A stretch of DNA of 55,717 bases from Chloroflexota bacterium (lineage in GTDB: Bacteria > Chloroflexota > UBA6077 > JACCZL01), in assembly GCA_046154735.1 (NCBI GenBank), contig JBJXFJ010000245.1:1-55717 (forward strand), written 5' to 3'. A program made the translations under genes and the position numbers. The notes beneath the pieces were generated by a model. The model made no database searches and had not been told where the DNA came from. It was given only the letters and a program-made list of their open reading frames with translations. Shown here one piece after another: positions 21,848 through 30,103 of the stretch. Numbering within the stretch: position 1 is the stretch's first letter; every line of letters begins with the position of its first letter.

Positions 21848-23180
21848 AACTCAAGATGAGTTTCTCCAGATTGCCGAACGCGACGGCGTTCGATTTCTGA
21901 ATTTCCAGTTCACCGATATCCTCGGTGTCATCAAAAACGTCACTATTCCGGTCCACAAGTTTTCTGATGCCATCGACCACGGACTCTGGTTTGATGGCTC
22001 TTCAATTGAGGGCTTTACGCGGATTCATGAGAGTGATATGTACCTCCAGCCAGATCTGGATACGTATGCGCTCATTCCCTGGACATCCGGAGCTGGCCGT
22101 GCCGCGCGCGTCGTGTGTGATGTCTATACGCCGGACGGCGAGCCATTTGCGGGGGATCCACGGGGCGTCCTTCGACGTCAGGTAAAGCGCGCCGCCGATC
22201 TGGGTTTTCGATTTCAGACCGGTCCTGAGCTCGAGTTCTTCCTGCTCAAGAACACCGGGGAAAGTCCCGCATCGGGCGTCCCGCACGACACCGCGGGCTA
22301 CTTTGACGTCACCAGCGATCAGGGAGATGACGTCCGCAAAGAGATGGTCAACGCACTCGAGTCGTTTGGGATCGTCGTTGAGGCAAGTCACCATGAGGTT
22401 GCAGTCGGTCAGCATGAGATCGACTTCAAATACGATGATGCCCTGAAAACCGCGGACAATGCCGTGACCTTTCGGATGGCCTTAAAAGCGGTTGCCCAGC
22501 GCAATGGGCTCTACGCCACGTTCATGCCAAAACCATTCTTTGGCATCAATGGCTCGGGAATGCATACGCACCAGAGTCTGGCCGACCTGGACACGGGGGC
22601 AAACCTGTTCCATGATCCGAATGATGAGTACCAGCTCTCAAAACTGGCGCGGCACTTCATTGCCGGCCAGTTGAAGCACGCCCGCGGGATGATTGCCATT
22701 CTTGCCCCGCTCGTCAACTCGTATAAGCGTCTCGTACCTGGCTTTGAGGCCCCTGTCTACGTGAGCTGGGCGCGCATCAACCGTTCCGCACTCATCCGCG
22801 TCCCACAGGCTTCACGCGGCCGACCGGAGGCCACCCGCATTGAGCTGCGCTGCCCGGACCCGTCAAGTAATCCGTACCTGGCCTTTGCGGTCATGCTCGC
22901 GGCCGGCCTGGACGGCATTCGCAATGAGCTTGAGGTCCCGCGACCGGTCGAGGAGAACCTGTATCAGATCGACGATGCCATGATGGACAAGTATGCAGTG
23001 GCGATTCTTCCGGGCACGCTACGTGAGGCACTAGATGAGCTCACCAAGGATGAGGTCATCCGAGAGGCGCTTGGGGAGCACGTCTATGAGTGGTTCTCTG
23101 AAGCGAAACGCGCCGAATGGGATGAGTACCGCCGGCAAGTCTCCCAATGGGAGTTGAACCGCTATCTTTCGACGTTCTAG
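21840..23180 (+). CDS. glnA: Glutamine synthetase, type I
   Basis: 446-aa ORF with GS beta-grasp and catalytic-domain motifs (FTDILG, GSGMHTHQS, NPYLAFA). Confidence 0.95.
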   Translation: MPRTQDEFLQIAERDGVRFLNFQFTDILGVIKNVTIPVHKFSDAIDHGLWFDGSSIEGFTRIHESDMYLQPDLDTYALIPWTSGAGRAARVVCDVYTPDGEPFAGDPRGVLRRQVKRAADLGFRFQTGPELEFFLLKNTGESPASGVPHDTAGYFDVTSDQGDDVRKEMVNALESFGIVVEASHHEVAVGQHEIDFKYDDALKTADNAVTFRMALKAVAQRNGLYATFMPKPFFGINGSGMHTHQSLADLDTGANLFHDPNDEYQLSKLARHFIAGQLKHARGMIAILAPLVNSYKRLVPGFEAPVYVSWARINRSALIRVPQASRGRPEATRIELRCPDPSSNPYLAFAVMLAAGLDGIRNELEVPRPVEENLYQIDDAMMDKYAVAILPGTLREALDELTKDEVIREALGEHVYEWFSEAKRAEWDEYRRQVSQWELNRYLSTF

Positions 23181-23230
23181 CACCATGCTAGTGCCCCGTC
23201 CAAATTGGTCAGTGGGGTTCTCCTGCCAGC

Positions 23231-23325
23231 GGTGATGTCGGGCATCTTGCTCGACAGTGAAGAACCGACCGCGCGGCGGCGAGCAGGAACGCCCCAGACG
23301 GTCGGGCAAGATGCCCGACACCACC
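23231..23325. repeat. Hairpin repeat copy 2 (25-bp inverted arms, 45-nt spacer)
   Basis: GGTGATGTCGGGCATCTTGCTCGAC (23231-23255) matches the reverse complement of GTCGGGCAAGATGCCCGACACCACC (23301-23325) at 23 of 25 positions. The arms are nearly identical to copy 1. The right flank (AGAAC...CCCG...ATCC) is also shared, so the two copies have the same orientation. Confidence 0.85.
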
Positions 23326-23824
23326 GAGAACGTCCACCCGGCAATCCATGATTGACAGAGCAATAGTACAGACGGGCGAATGAGTCTCGGCGGTCATCCA
23401 GTGGAGTCGGGCCATCCACCGAGACTGGATCGGCCCATCTGTAGTAGTGGGCCAGTGGACGCAGTGAGCGCCACTGGGGTGGGCCAGACGTCTCTGCCTG
23501 TCCCGTGCGTCACGATCTGGTCGTTCACGGGACAGACTGAGACGCCCCATCCGGTTCAGTGAAGAATGAAGGGTGAAGGGCGACAGGGGCAGAGTGCACA
23601 TCACACTCGTCCACACTGGCTGCTTTCACTCTTCACTAAACCGTATTGGGCAGAGACGCCTGTCCCACCGGCACGGTCCGTCCCAACTGAACTCAGCGTC
23701 TGCGCCTTGGTGATTCGATGTATCGCGGTAGAGCTCTGGCGTGCGGTGGCCGTGACACCGCTTTGGAATCCGTGGGCATCGCTGACCGCCATCGCGGGAT
23801 CCAAAGGGGGGCCACGGCCACCCT

Positions 23825-24478
23825 TCAGACGCCGCGACTCTGCCCGTTCGTGACATCCTGTCGGAGGCGGCGCACGGCGGTCGACACCGAATCCCAATCG
23901 AATCCACGTCGCTGCAGGAAAGCCCCGAGCCGCTGTTGGAAAACTCTCTCATCCAGCGATGCCAGTACTTGAGCCTTTTTCAAACCTGCGCGGTACGCCA
24001 GTTCTTGCTCGTCCGCGGAATCTCGAGTGGCATCGGCCACAACGTCCGCGTCTACGCCCTTCATGCGCAGCTCCTGGTTGATGAGGCGCCGGCCACGCGG
24101 GGCTCGTCCCTGGCGCTGCTCCACCCAGTACGAGGCGAATGCTTGGTCATCAACGAGCTTGAGCTCTTCAAGTCGAGCGATTACCTGATCAAGAATGACC
24201 GCGGGGTAACCTTTCGTGTGGAGCCGTGCCCTCAATTCCTTCTCGGAGCGCGGCCGATAGCCCAGCAGGTGCAGTGCCACATCCATGGCTCGAGCTCGCT
24301 CATCGGAATTCGCCAGCACAAGAAACTGCGCTGATGAAATAAATTGGCCAATGCGCAGCGCATCAGCCAGCTCGAGCTGCAAACTCAGTGCGTAGCGATC
24401 ATTGAGGAAGACATTGACACGCTTCCCGCCTCCGCGCTGTTGCGGTTCGATCGCCGTGACAACACCTTCCATGGGCAA
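23825..24478 (-). CDS. recX: Recombination regulator RecX
   Basis: 217-aa ORF directly downstream of recA, with a helical-repeat RecX-like sequence (ALHLLGYRPRSEKELRARL). Confidence 0.9.
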   Translation of the reverse strand: MPMEGVVTAIEPQQRGGGKRVNVFLNDRYALSLQLELADALRIGQFISSAQFLVLANSDERARAMDVALHLLGYRPRSEKELRARLHTKGYPAVILDQVIARLEELKLVDDQAFASYWVEQRQGRAPRGRRLINQELRMKGVDADVVADATRDSADEQELAYRAGLKKAQVLASLDERVFQQRLGAFLQRRGFDWDSVSTAVRRLRQDVTNGQSRGV

Positions 24479-24561
24479 TCCTTCGGCTGACTGAACGAGG
24501 AGTCCGCGGCCCGTGGAGATTTACAGCGGCTCACGGGCACCAGACTCAACGCTCAGCAGGA

Positions 24562-25632
24562 CTACAGGAGGTCTTCCGGCTCCTCATCGGCAACCAGGCC
24601 ATTGGCTGGGACAAGGTCATCCGCGGGGCGCTTGGTGGTCATTTCACGTATCTGCCGCTCGATATCCTGAGCCACCGTTGGATTCTGCTTGAGAAACTCC
24701 TTTGCATTCTCCCGCCCCTGGCCGAGACGCATGTCTGCAAAGGAGTAAAAGGCCCCAGTTTTCCGAACGATGCCCATCTCAGTCCCAACATCCAGTAGTC
24801 CGCCGGATTTGGAGATACCCTCGGAGTACATGATGTCAAACTCCGCGGTACGGAATGGCGGAGCAACTTTGTTCTTCACCACACGCACCCGTGTGCGGCT
24901 GCCAAGCACCTCGGTGCCCTGCTTGATGGCGTCAATTCGCCGCACATCCAGGCGCACGGAGGCATAGAACTTCAAGGCGCGACCGCCCGACGTGGTCTCA
25001 GGATTCCCGAACATCACACCGACTTTTTCACGCAGCTGATTGGTGAAGACAACCGCGGTCTTGGAACGACTGATCGCCCCCGTCAGCTTACGCAGCGCTT
25101 GCGACATGAGCCGCGCCTGCAACCCAACGTGCGCATCGCCCATATCCCCCTCAAGTTCGGCACGTGGAACGAGCGCCGCCACGGAGTCAATCGCCACAAT
25201 ATCCATGGCACCGCTCCGCACGAGCGCCTCAGCGATCTCCAGAGCCTGCTCACCCGTGTCCGGCTGCGAAATGAACAGCTCGTCCACGTTCACACCGCAA
25301 CTCTTGGCATAGGTGGGGTCCAGTGCGTGCTCCGCGTCCACCAGCGCGGCCACACCGCCATTACGCTGCGCCTCTGCAATGACATGCTGGACCAGGGTGG
25401 TCTTTCCCGAAGCTTCAGGGCCGTAGATCTCAGTGATCCGACCGCGTGGCAGCCCGCCAATACCAAGCGCCATATCCAGTGCAATAGAACCCGTGGGTAT
25501 GAACTCTACCGACATCTTGGCGGACGCCTCACCGAGGCGCATGATCGACCCCTTGCCAAATGCCCGCTCGATCTGAGAGACCGCCAGCTCTATGGCTTTT
25601 TCTTTGTCCTTATTGGGCTCCCGCGCCGCCAT
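24562..25632 (-). CDS. recA: Recombinase RecA
   Basis: Canonical RecA (Walker [29 protein letters not shown]-like L2 region). I prefer ATG 25632 ([15 protein letters not shown]), which follows GAAGGAG (25645-25639) by 6 nt, over the TTG start at 25653 in the ORF track. Confidence 0.97.
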   Translation of the reverse strand: MAAREPNKDKEKAIELAVSQIERAFGKGSIMRLGEASAKMSVEFIPTGSIALDMALGIGGLPRGRITEIYGPEASGKTTLVQHVIAEAQRNGGVAALVDAEHALDPTYAKSCGVNVDELFISQPDTGEQALEIAEALVRSGAMDIVAIDSVAALVPRAELEGDMGDAHVGLQARLMSQALRKLTGAISRSKTAVVFTNQLREKVGVMFGNPETTSGGRALKFYASVRLDVRRIDAIKQGTEVLGSRTRVRVVKNKVAPPFRTAEFDIMYSEGISKSGGLLDVGTEMGIVRKTGAFYSFADMRLGQGRENAKEFLKQNPTVAQDIERQIREMTTKRPADDLVPANGLVADEEPEDLL

Positions 25633-25681
25633 ACCCAACTCCTTCGCCGTCAATCCCGTGAACGCTCACTGAAACTGATTG

Positions 25682-25700
25682 ATTATAGCACAAACGTTCT
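25682..25700 (-). promoter_or_regulatory. Candidate recA -10 element with adjacent imperfect SOS (Cheo-type) box
   Basis: The minus strand reads AGAACGTTTGTGC (25700-25688) immediately followed by TATAAT (25687-25682). The half-sites are GAAC-N4-GTGC against the GAAC-N4-GTTC consensus. Confidence 0.35.
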
Positions 25701-26190
25701 AATATGTATCATCTTGCTTTGCCGCACTCGCGAGCAGTTCCAGTGCGCACCACACTGAGTGCGCGCGATTCTCATCACGCGAACCGTGCCATTCACGTCG
25801 ATGTACCTGATCATCGCTAAATGGCCCGCTGATGGCAATGAACACGAGACCCACCGGCTTATTTGGGCGGGCTCCGCCGGGGCCGGCGATTCCTGTGAGC
25901 GCCACACCGACGTCCGCACCGAGCCGCTCCCGCACGCCCAGAGCCATGGCAAGAGCCACCTCTGCACTGACCGCTCCATGGCTCACGATAAGCTCCAACG
26001 GCACCCCCAGCAAGCCGGTCTTCGCCGAATCTGCATAGGGAATCACGCCTCCTCGGAAAACATCAGAGCTTCCGGGCAGCGCGGAAAGCTGAGTGCAGAG
26101 CTCACCACCCGTACAAGATTCAGCAACGGCAATCGTCCAACTGCGCTTCCGATACGCGTCCAGCAATCGCGCGACGCCGAAACGGTCCAT
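25699..26190 (-). CDS. pncC: CinA C-terminal-domain protein (nicotinamide-nucleotide amidase PncC-like)
   Basis: 163-aa ORF with the AVAESCTGGEL motif, upstream of recA as in many monoderm genomes. Confidence 0.85.
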   Translation of the reverse strand: MDRFGVARLLDAYRKRSWTIAVAESCTGGELCTQLSALPGSSDVFRGGVIPYADSAKTGLLGVPLELIVSHGAVSAEVALAMALGVRERLGADVGVALTGIAGPGGARPNKPVGLVFIAISGPFSDDQVHRREWHGSRDENRAHSVWCALELLASAAKQDDTY

Positions 26191-27629
26191 TATGGGGTGG
26201 CTGCTACTTGGACTGGGCTCGCCACAAGGTCGTAGTCAAGGGCGCGACTCACACGAACCCGCACAATCTCACCAATCGCCGCGGCACCATCCACAAACAC
26301 CAGTCCATCCACCTCGGGCGCATCACGTCGAGATCGTCCAACAAGCGTTGGGCGCCCGCTTAAACTGCCGCGGCCCTCCACCAGGACATCGAGATCGGTG
26401 CCCACTATTGTTTCCAGGCGCTGATGGGAGGCGGTGCGCGCCGCTTCCATCAGCAGCCGCTTGCGACGCTCCTTCACCCGAGCCGACACCTTGCCGGCCA
26501 GCTCAAATGCCGGTGTCCCCTCTTCATCAGAGTAGGTGAACGCGCCCACTCGATCAAAGGATAACGACGCCACGGATTCCAGGAGGTGCTCGAACTCTTC
26601 ATCCGACTCCCCGGGGAAGCCTACGATGAAGGTGGTCCGAATCGTGATGTCCGGTATGATCCCGCGCATCCAATCAATGAGCTCCTCAGTGGGACGATGT
26701 GGTCGGCGCATTCTCCGAAGCACGTCCTGGTGGGTATGCTGCAGTGGAAGATCCAGGTAGCGGCAAATCTGCGGGCGATCACGCATCACTTCAAACAGCC
26801 GCTCCGTTAGCCTTGCTGGATAGGCGTACATGACGCGCAACCACGGCAGCTCGGGCACCGCGTCCGTGATGCGCTCGAGGAGCACCGCCAGCCCGTCTCT
26901 GCCCAGCCCGAGGTCCTGCCCATAGTTGGTACTGTCTTGAGCGATGAGCACGCATTCCTGAACGCCGAGATTGGCAAGCTCTTGAATCTCGCGAATGATC
27001 GCTTCAATTGGCTTGCTGATCAGCCGGCCCTTCATTGATGGGATCGCGCAGAACGCGCAGCGCTGATTGCAGCCGTCGCTCATCTTCACATAGGCGCTTG
27101 GCCCCGCGGCCTGCCGCTTGGGCATGGCGAGATCAAGGGCTCCTTGAGGCGCCATTTCTAGCAAGTCAAGTGTGGAGCCAGGTTGCCGCGGCTCCCAGGC
27201 AGCACCGAGGGAGCGAGCCACAATTGCTGGTGCCGAGGCCCAGTTTCGGGCACCCCAGATACCATCAATTTCATGAATCTCCGTTGCCAGCTCAGCGCCG
27301 TAACGCTCCGCCAGGCAGCCCGCGGCAATCAGTTTCTGACCGGGGCGTTTAGACTGGGCCAACTCGAGGATAGTATTGATTGATTCCTGTTTGGCAGCTT
27401 CGATGAAACCACAGGTGTTCACGATGATCACATCGGCGTCGTTCGTCTCACTCCGCTCAGCTCCTTCTCCCTGAAGCAGCAGTTCGATCCCTTCGCTATC
27501 CACCTGATTCTTTGCGCAGCCAAGCGTCACCACGGAATACCGTGCGCCGCGCAGCTCGCCCTTACTGTCGTCCCCAGAATGCGTCAATTGCCTGTCCCCG
27601 GGCGCCCAGAGCGCCCTGCGTATTCCCAT
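26190..27629 (-). CDS. rimO: Ribosomal protein S12 methylthiotransferase RimO (radical SAM, MiaB/RimO family)
   Basis: N-terminal UPF0004 domain with the RimO-type motif LGCAKNQVDSE, radical-SAM CNQRCAFC, and a C-terminal TRAM domain. The track start overlaps the upstream gene by 68 nt, so the real start is probably an internal alternative start nearer 27585. Confidence 0.85.
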   Translation of the reverse strand: MGIRRALWAPGDRQLTHSGDDSKGELRGARYSVVTLGCAKNQVDSEGIELLLQGEGAERSETNDADVIIVNTCGFIEAAKQESINTILELAQSKRPGQKLIAAGCLAERYGAELATEIHEIDGIWGARNWASAPAIVARSLGAAWEPRQPGSTLDLLEMAPQGALDLAMPKRQAAGPSAYVKMSDGCNQRCAFCAIPSMKGRLISKPIEAIIREIQELANLGVQECVLIAQDSTNYGQDLGLGRDGLAVLLERITDAVPELPWLRVMYAYPARLTERLFEVMRDRPQICRYLDLPLQHTHQDVLRRMRRPHRPTEELIDWMRGIIPDITIRTTFIVGFPGESDEEFEHLLESVASLSFDRVGAFTYSDEEGTPAFELAGKVSARVKERRKRLLMEAARTASHQRLETIVGTDLDVLVEGRGSLSGRPTLVGRSRRDAPEVDGLVFVDGAAAIGEIVRVRVSRALDYDLVASPVQVAATP

Positions 27630-28368
27630 TCACTGTTACAACAACGCCCACCGCGTTACCCACTCGCATGCGGACCGACTGATCCGCCGCAAACGTGCGC
27701 GTAAATCCCGGGCGAGACTCCTCCGCCAGCACCGCCTGGCCGTCAACCCAGACCGCCAACCAGCTCCGTTCAGTGATCCGTACTTCAACCTGAATCCCGC
27801 GCACCGGTGTGGGCGCCGCCACCGGTGTGAGTGTGGATGTGTTTGACACTGGTGAGCCTAGAGGCGCTGGCGATGCCACGCCGTTGGTGCCGATTCCGGA
27901 ACCAACTACAACCGGCGTAGCGAAAGGGCTGGCCACAGCTCCGGGTGCGCCACGAGGCGTCGCGGTTGCCTCGGCCTGCCGAACACTCTCAACAAATGAA
28001 TTGTATTGGCTCCAGAGGTAACCGAACAGAAGCAATAGCAATACCACCCCGGTGCCGATACCCAAGAGTCGCATCGAGAACGGCTTCGGATTGTTAATGC
28101 GGGTTGTGGCGGATTGAATTGATAGCGGCTCATCTTGACCACGCAATACAAGATAGAGAGCAACCATCGGCTCTGCCTCGATCCCCAGATACTCCGAGTA
28201 GGTTCGAATAAAGCCTCGAGCGTAGACCGGCGCCGGCAGAATCGAGAGATCATCATTCTCAAGCGCCTCGAGGAATCGCCGATGAATCCGAGTCTCGCGT
28301 TGTGCATCCTGAAGTGTGAGATGCCGGTCAAGTCGGGCTTGACGGAAGCGCTCCCCTAATGCCCCCAT
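27562..28368 (-). CDS. RodZ-like helix-turn-helix membrane protein
   Basis: 268-aa ORF with an N-terminal XRE-type HTH (LGERFRQARLDRHLTLQDAQRETRIHRRFLEALE), a single TM segment, a Pro/Ala/Thr-rich linker and a C-terminal DUF4115-like beta domain. Confidence 0.75.
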   Translation of the reverse strand: MGALGERFRQARLDRHLTLQDAQRETRIHRRFLEALENDDLSILPAPVYARGFIRTYSEYLGIEAEPMVALYLVLRGQDEPLSIQSATTRINNPKPFSMRLLGIGTGVVLLLLLFGYLWSQYNSFVESVRQAEATATPRGAPGAVASPFATPVVVGSGIGTNGVASPAPLGSPVSNTSTLTPVAAPTPVRGIQVEVRITERSWLAVWVDGQAVLAEESRPGFTRTFAADQSVRMRVGNAVGVVVTVNGNTQGALGARGQAIDAFWGRQ

Positions 28369-28894
28369 TCAGTTCCGGGTCCCCTCGAAATTCGTGGTTC
28401 CGGGGTGCATGATGCATTGAGCTTGCAGCGAGCTTCCGCCAGACGATGCTTCAGAAACATTGAGAGAGCGATCCACAGTCGCCATACAGGCAAGATCAAC
28501 TGATTGGAGAGGCATTGAGACGGACGCATCAGTAAGCTGATGGGCTCGGCAACAGGCTAGTGGGGTCTTAAACGGCATGAGAACGCTCAACTATACTGCG
28601 CTCATCCGATGCATGTCCGCTTAAGGATGGCGGGTCATAAGTACTTGCTATCGCAATCGCCCCACAGAGCAGCAGATCGGTGGGTGACGGACGCAGGCTG
28701 ACAATCGTCCGGGAGAGTCGACGAGTGTCACACTAGGCTGACGGACGCCAGACTGATGGACTCCGGCCAGGCGCGCCCTGATTGTCAATCTGCCCGTTCT
28801 CGCGGGAAGTCGGGTAGAGAGAAGCCAACCTCGGTCGTATGCTACGATCCGAGGCACCATACCGCTGCTTACTTTGAGCGAAGGAGCCTGATCG

Positions 28895-30103
28895 ATGAGT
28901 TTGAAGGCACTGCGATTACAGACCGCGGGCGAAAGTCACGGTCCCCAGTGCACCATCATTCTGGACAATATTCCCGCCGGGCTCCCGCTCACCGTGGAGC
29001 AGGTCAATGCCCATCTCACTCGTCGCCAGGGTGGTTACGGGCGCGGCGGCCGAATGAAGATTGAGCGCGATCAGGTGCAGTTCGTCTCCGGCGTGCGGTA
29101 CGGTGAAACGCTCGGCAGCCCGATAGCGATGGTGGTGGCGAATCTGGATTGGCCCAATTGGGCGGGGAAGATGGATATCGCGGCGCCAACTGAGCGCGTT
29201 GCCAAGGTCACCAAGATGCGGCCGGGCCATGCTGATTTCACCGGTGCCGTGAAATATGGCCACGACGACGTCCGCAATGTGCTGGAGCGGGCAAGCTCAC
29301 GCGAAACCACCTCGCGCGTTGCCGCCGGTTCGGTCTGCCGGACGTTCCTGGAATACTTCGGCATTGAGATCTTCAGTCACACTGTCCGGATTGGCGAAAT
29401 CGAGGCTCATGTTCCGCCCGCCATTCGGCTAGACAAACGCGGCAGCTCAAATTCCGAGATCGCATCGTTCTTCGCTTCAGTGGAGGCTTCCTCCGTTCGC
29501 TGTGGTGACGCTGAGTCGGCCGAGCGCATGATTGAGGGCATTAATGCCGCGCGAGCCGATGGAGACACCCTTGGGGGCGTCTTTGAAGTTGTGGCATATA
29601 ACGTCCCCATTGGTCTTGGGAGCTTTGCTCAATGGGAAGATCGTCTGGACGGTCGCATCGTGGGTGCGCTGGGAAGCATTCCATCCATCAAGGGCGCTGA
29701 GGTTGGCGATGGATTCGCCGAAGCCGCCCGCCGCGGCTCAAAGGTCCACGATGTCATCTCCTACGATACGCGCGAGGGCTGGCTGCATGACACCAATAAT
29801 GCGGGGGGAACGGAGGGTGGCATTACGAACGGCGCCCCCATCGTGGCGCGGGCTGCGGCCAAGCCCATTGCCACGCTCATGAAGCCATTACCGTCCACCG
29901 ATCTCGCATCGCGTGAGCGCAGCATCGCGCATGTGGAGAGGAGCGACGTGTGCGTCATTCCTGCCGCGGGCGTGGTTGGTGAGGCGATGCTTGCGATCAT
30001 CCTTGCCGATGCCTTCCGCCAGAAATTCGGGGGGGACAGCATCGCGGAGATCGAACGCAATTATCGCGCGTATGTCGCCACGTACGAACCCGCATCCGTA
30101 TAG
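28895..30103 (+). CDS. aroC: Chorismate synthase
   Basis: 402-aa ORF with AroC signatures (TAGESHG, RQGGYGRGGRM, SSRETT). GAAGGAG lies 8 nt before the ATG. Confidence 0.95.
   Translation: MSLKALRLQTAGESHGPQCTIILDNIPAGLPLTVEQVNAHLTRRQGGYGRGGRMKIERDQVQFVSGVRYGETLGSPIAMVVANLDWPNWAGKMDIAAPTERVAKVTKMRPGHADFTGAVKYGHDDVRNVLERASSRETTSRVAAGSVCRTFLEYFGIEIFSHTVRIGEIEAHVPPAIRLDKRGSSNSEIASFFASVEASSVRCGDAESAERMIEGINAARADGDTLGGVFEVVAYNVPIGLGSFAQWEDRLDGRIVGALGSIPSIKGAEVGDGFAEAARRGSKVHDVISYDTREGWLHDTNNAGGTEGGITNGAPIVARAAAKPIATLMKPLPSTDLASRERSIAHVERSDVCVIPAAGVVGEAMLAIILADAFRQKFGGDSIAEIERNYRAYVATYEPASV

Noticed and set aside
23352-23357. TTGACA hexamer as a promoter for a transcript through the gap
   Set aside because: No acceptable -10 hexamer lies 16-18 nt downstream (23375-23380 is GGCGAA). 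It is mentioned only as a shared feature after the hairpin repeats.
23559-23579. Tandem 7-mers GTGAAGA/ATGAAGG/GTGAAGG as a micro-satellite or CRISPR-like array
   Set aside because: There are only three adjacent units, with no spacers. They double as one strand of the long helix pairing with 23623-23637. Treated as part of the structured-region finding.
23181-23824. RNase P RNA, tmRNA, SRP RNA, cobalamin riboswitch or tRNA in the glnA-recX gap
   Set aside because: No GAGGAAAGUCC or ACAGAA-CCGGCUUA in the correct order (RNase P). No tRNA-like GGUUCGA-UCC...CCA 3' end (tmRNA). GAAAGCAGCC on the minus strand lacks the GGAA tetraloop and GGUCC context of SRP helix 8. GCCACUGG (23470-23477) is present but there is no B12 box and no downstream B12 gene. 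GGTAGAGC at 23727-23734 lacks a matching D-stem 5' half and T-loop. The region is kept only as an unknown candidate.
28369-28590. 73-aa Cys-rich ORF whose TGA stop directly abuts the rodZ-like ATG (TGAATG)
   Set aside because: It has a TTG start, no Shine-Dalgarno before either the TTG or the internal ATG, and no recognisable family. The juxtaposition with the next start could be coincidental. Ribosome profiling or homologues would be needed to revive it.
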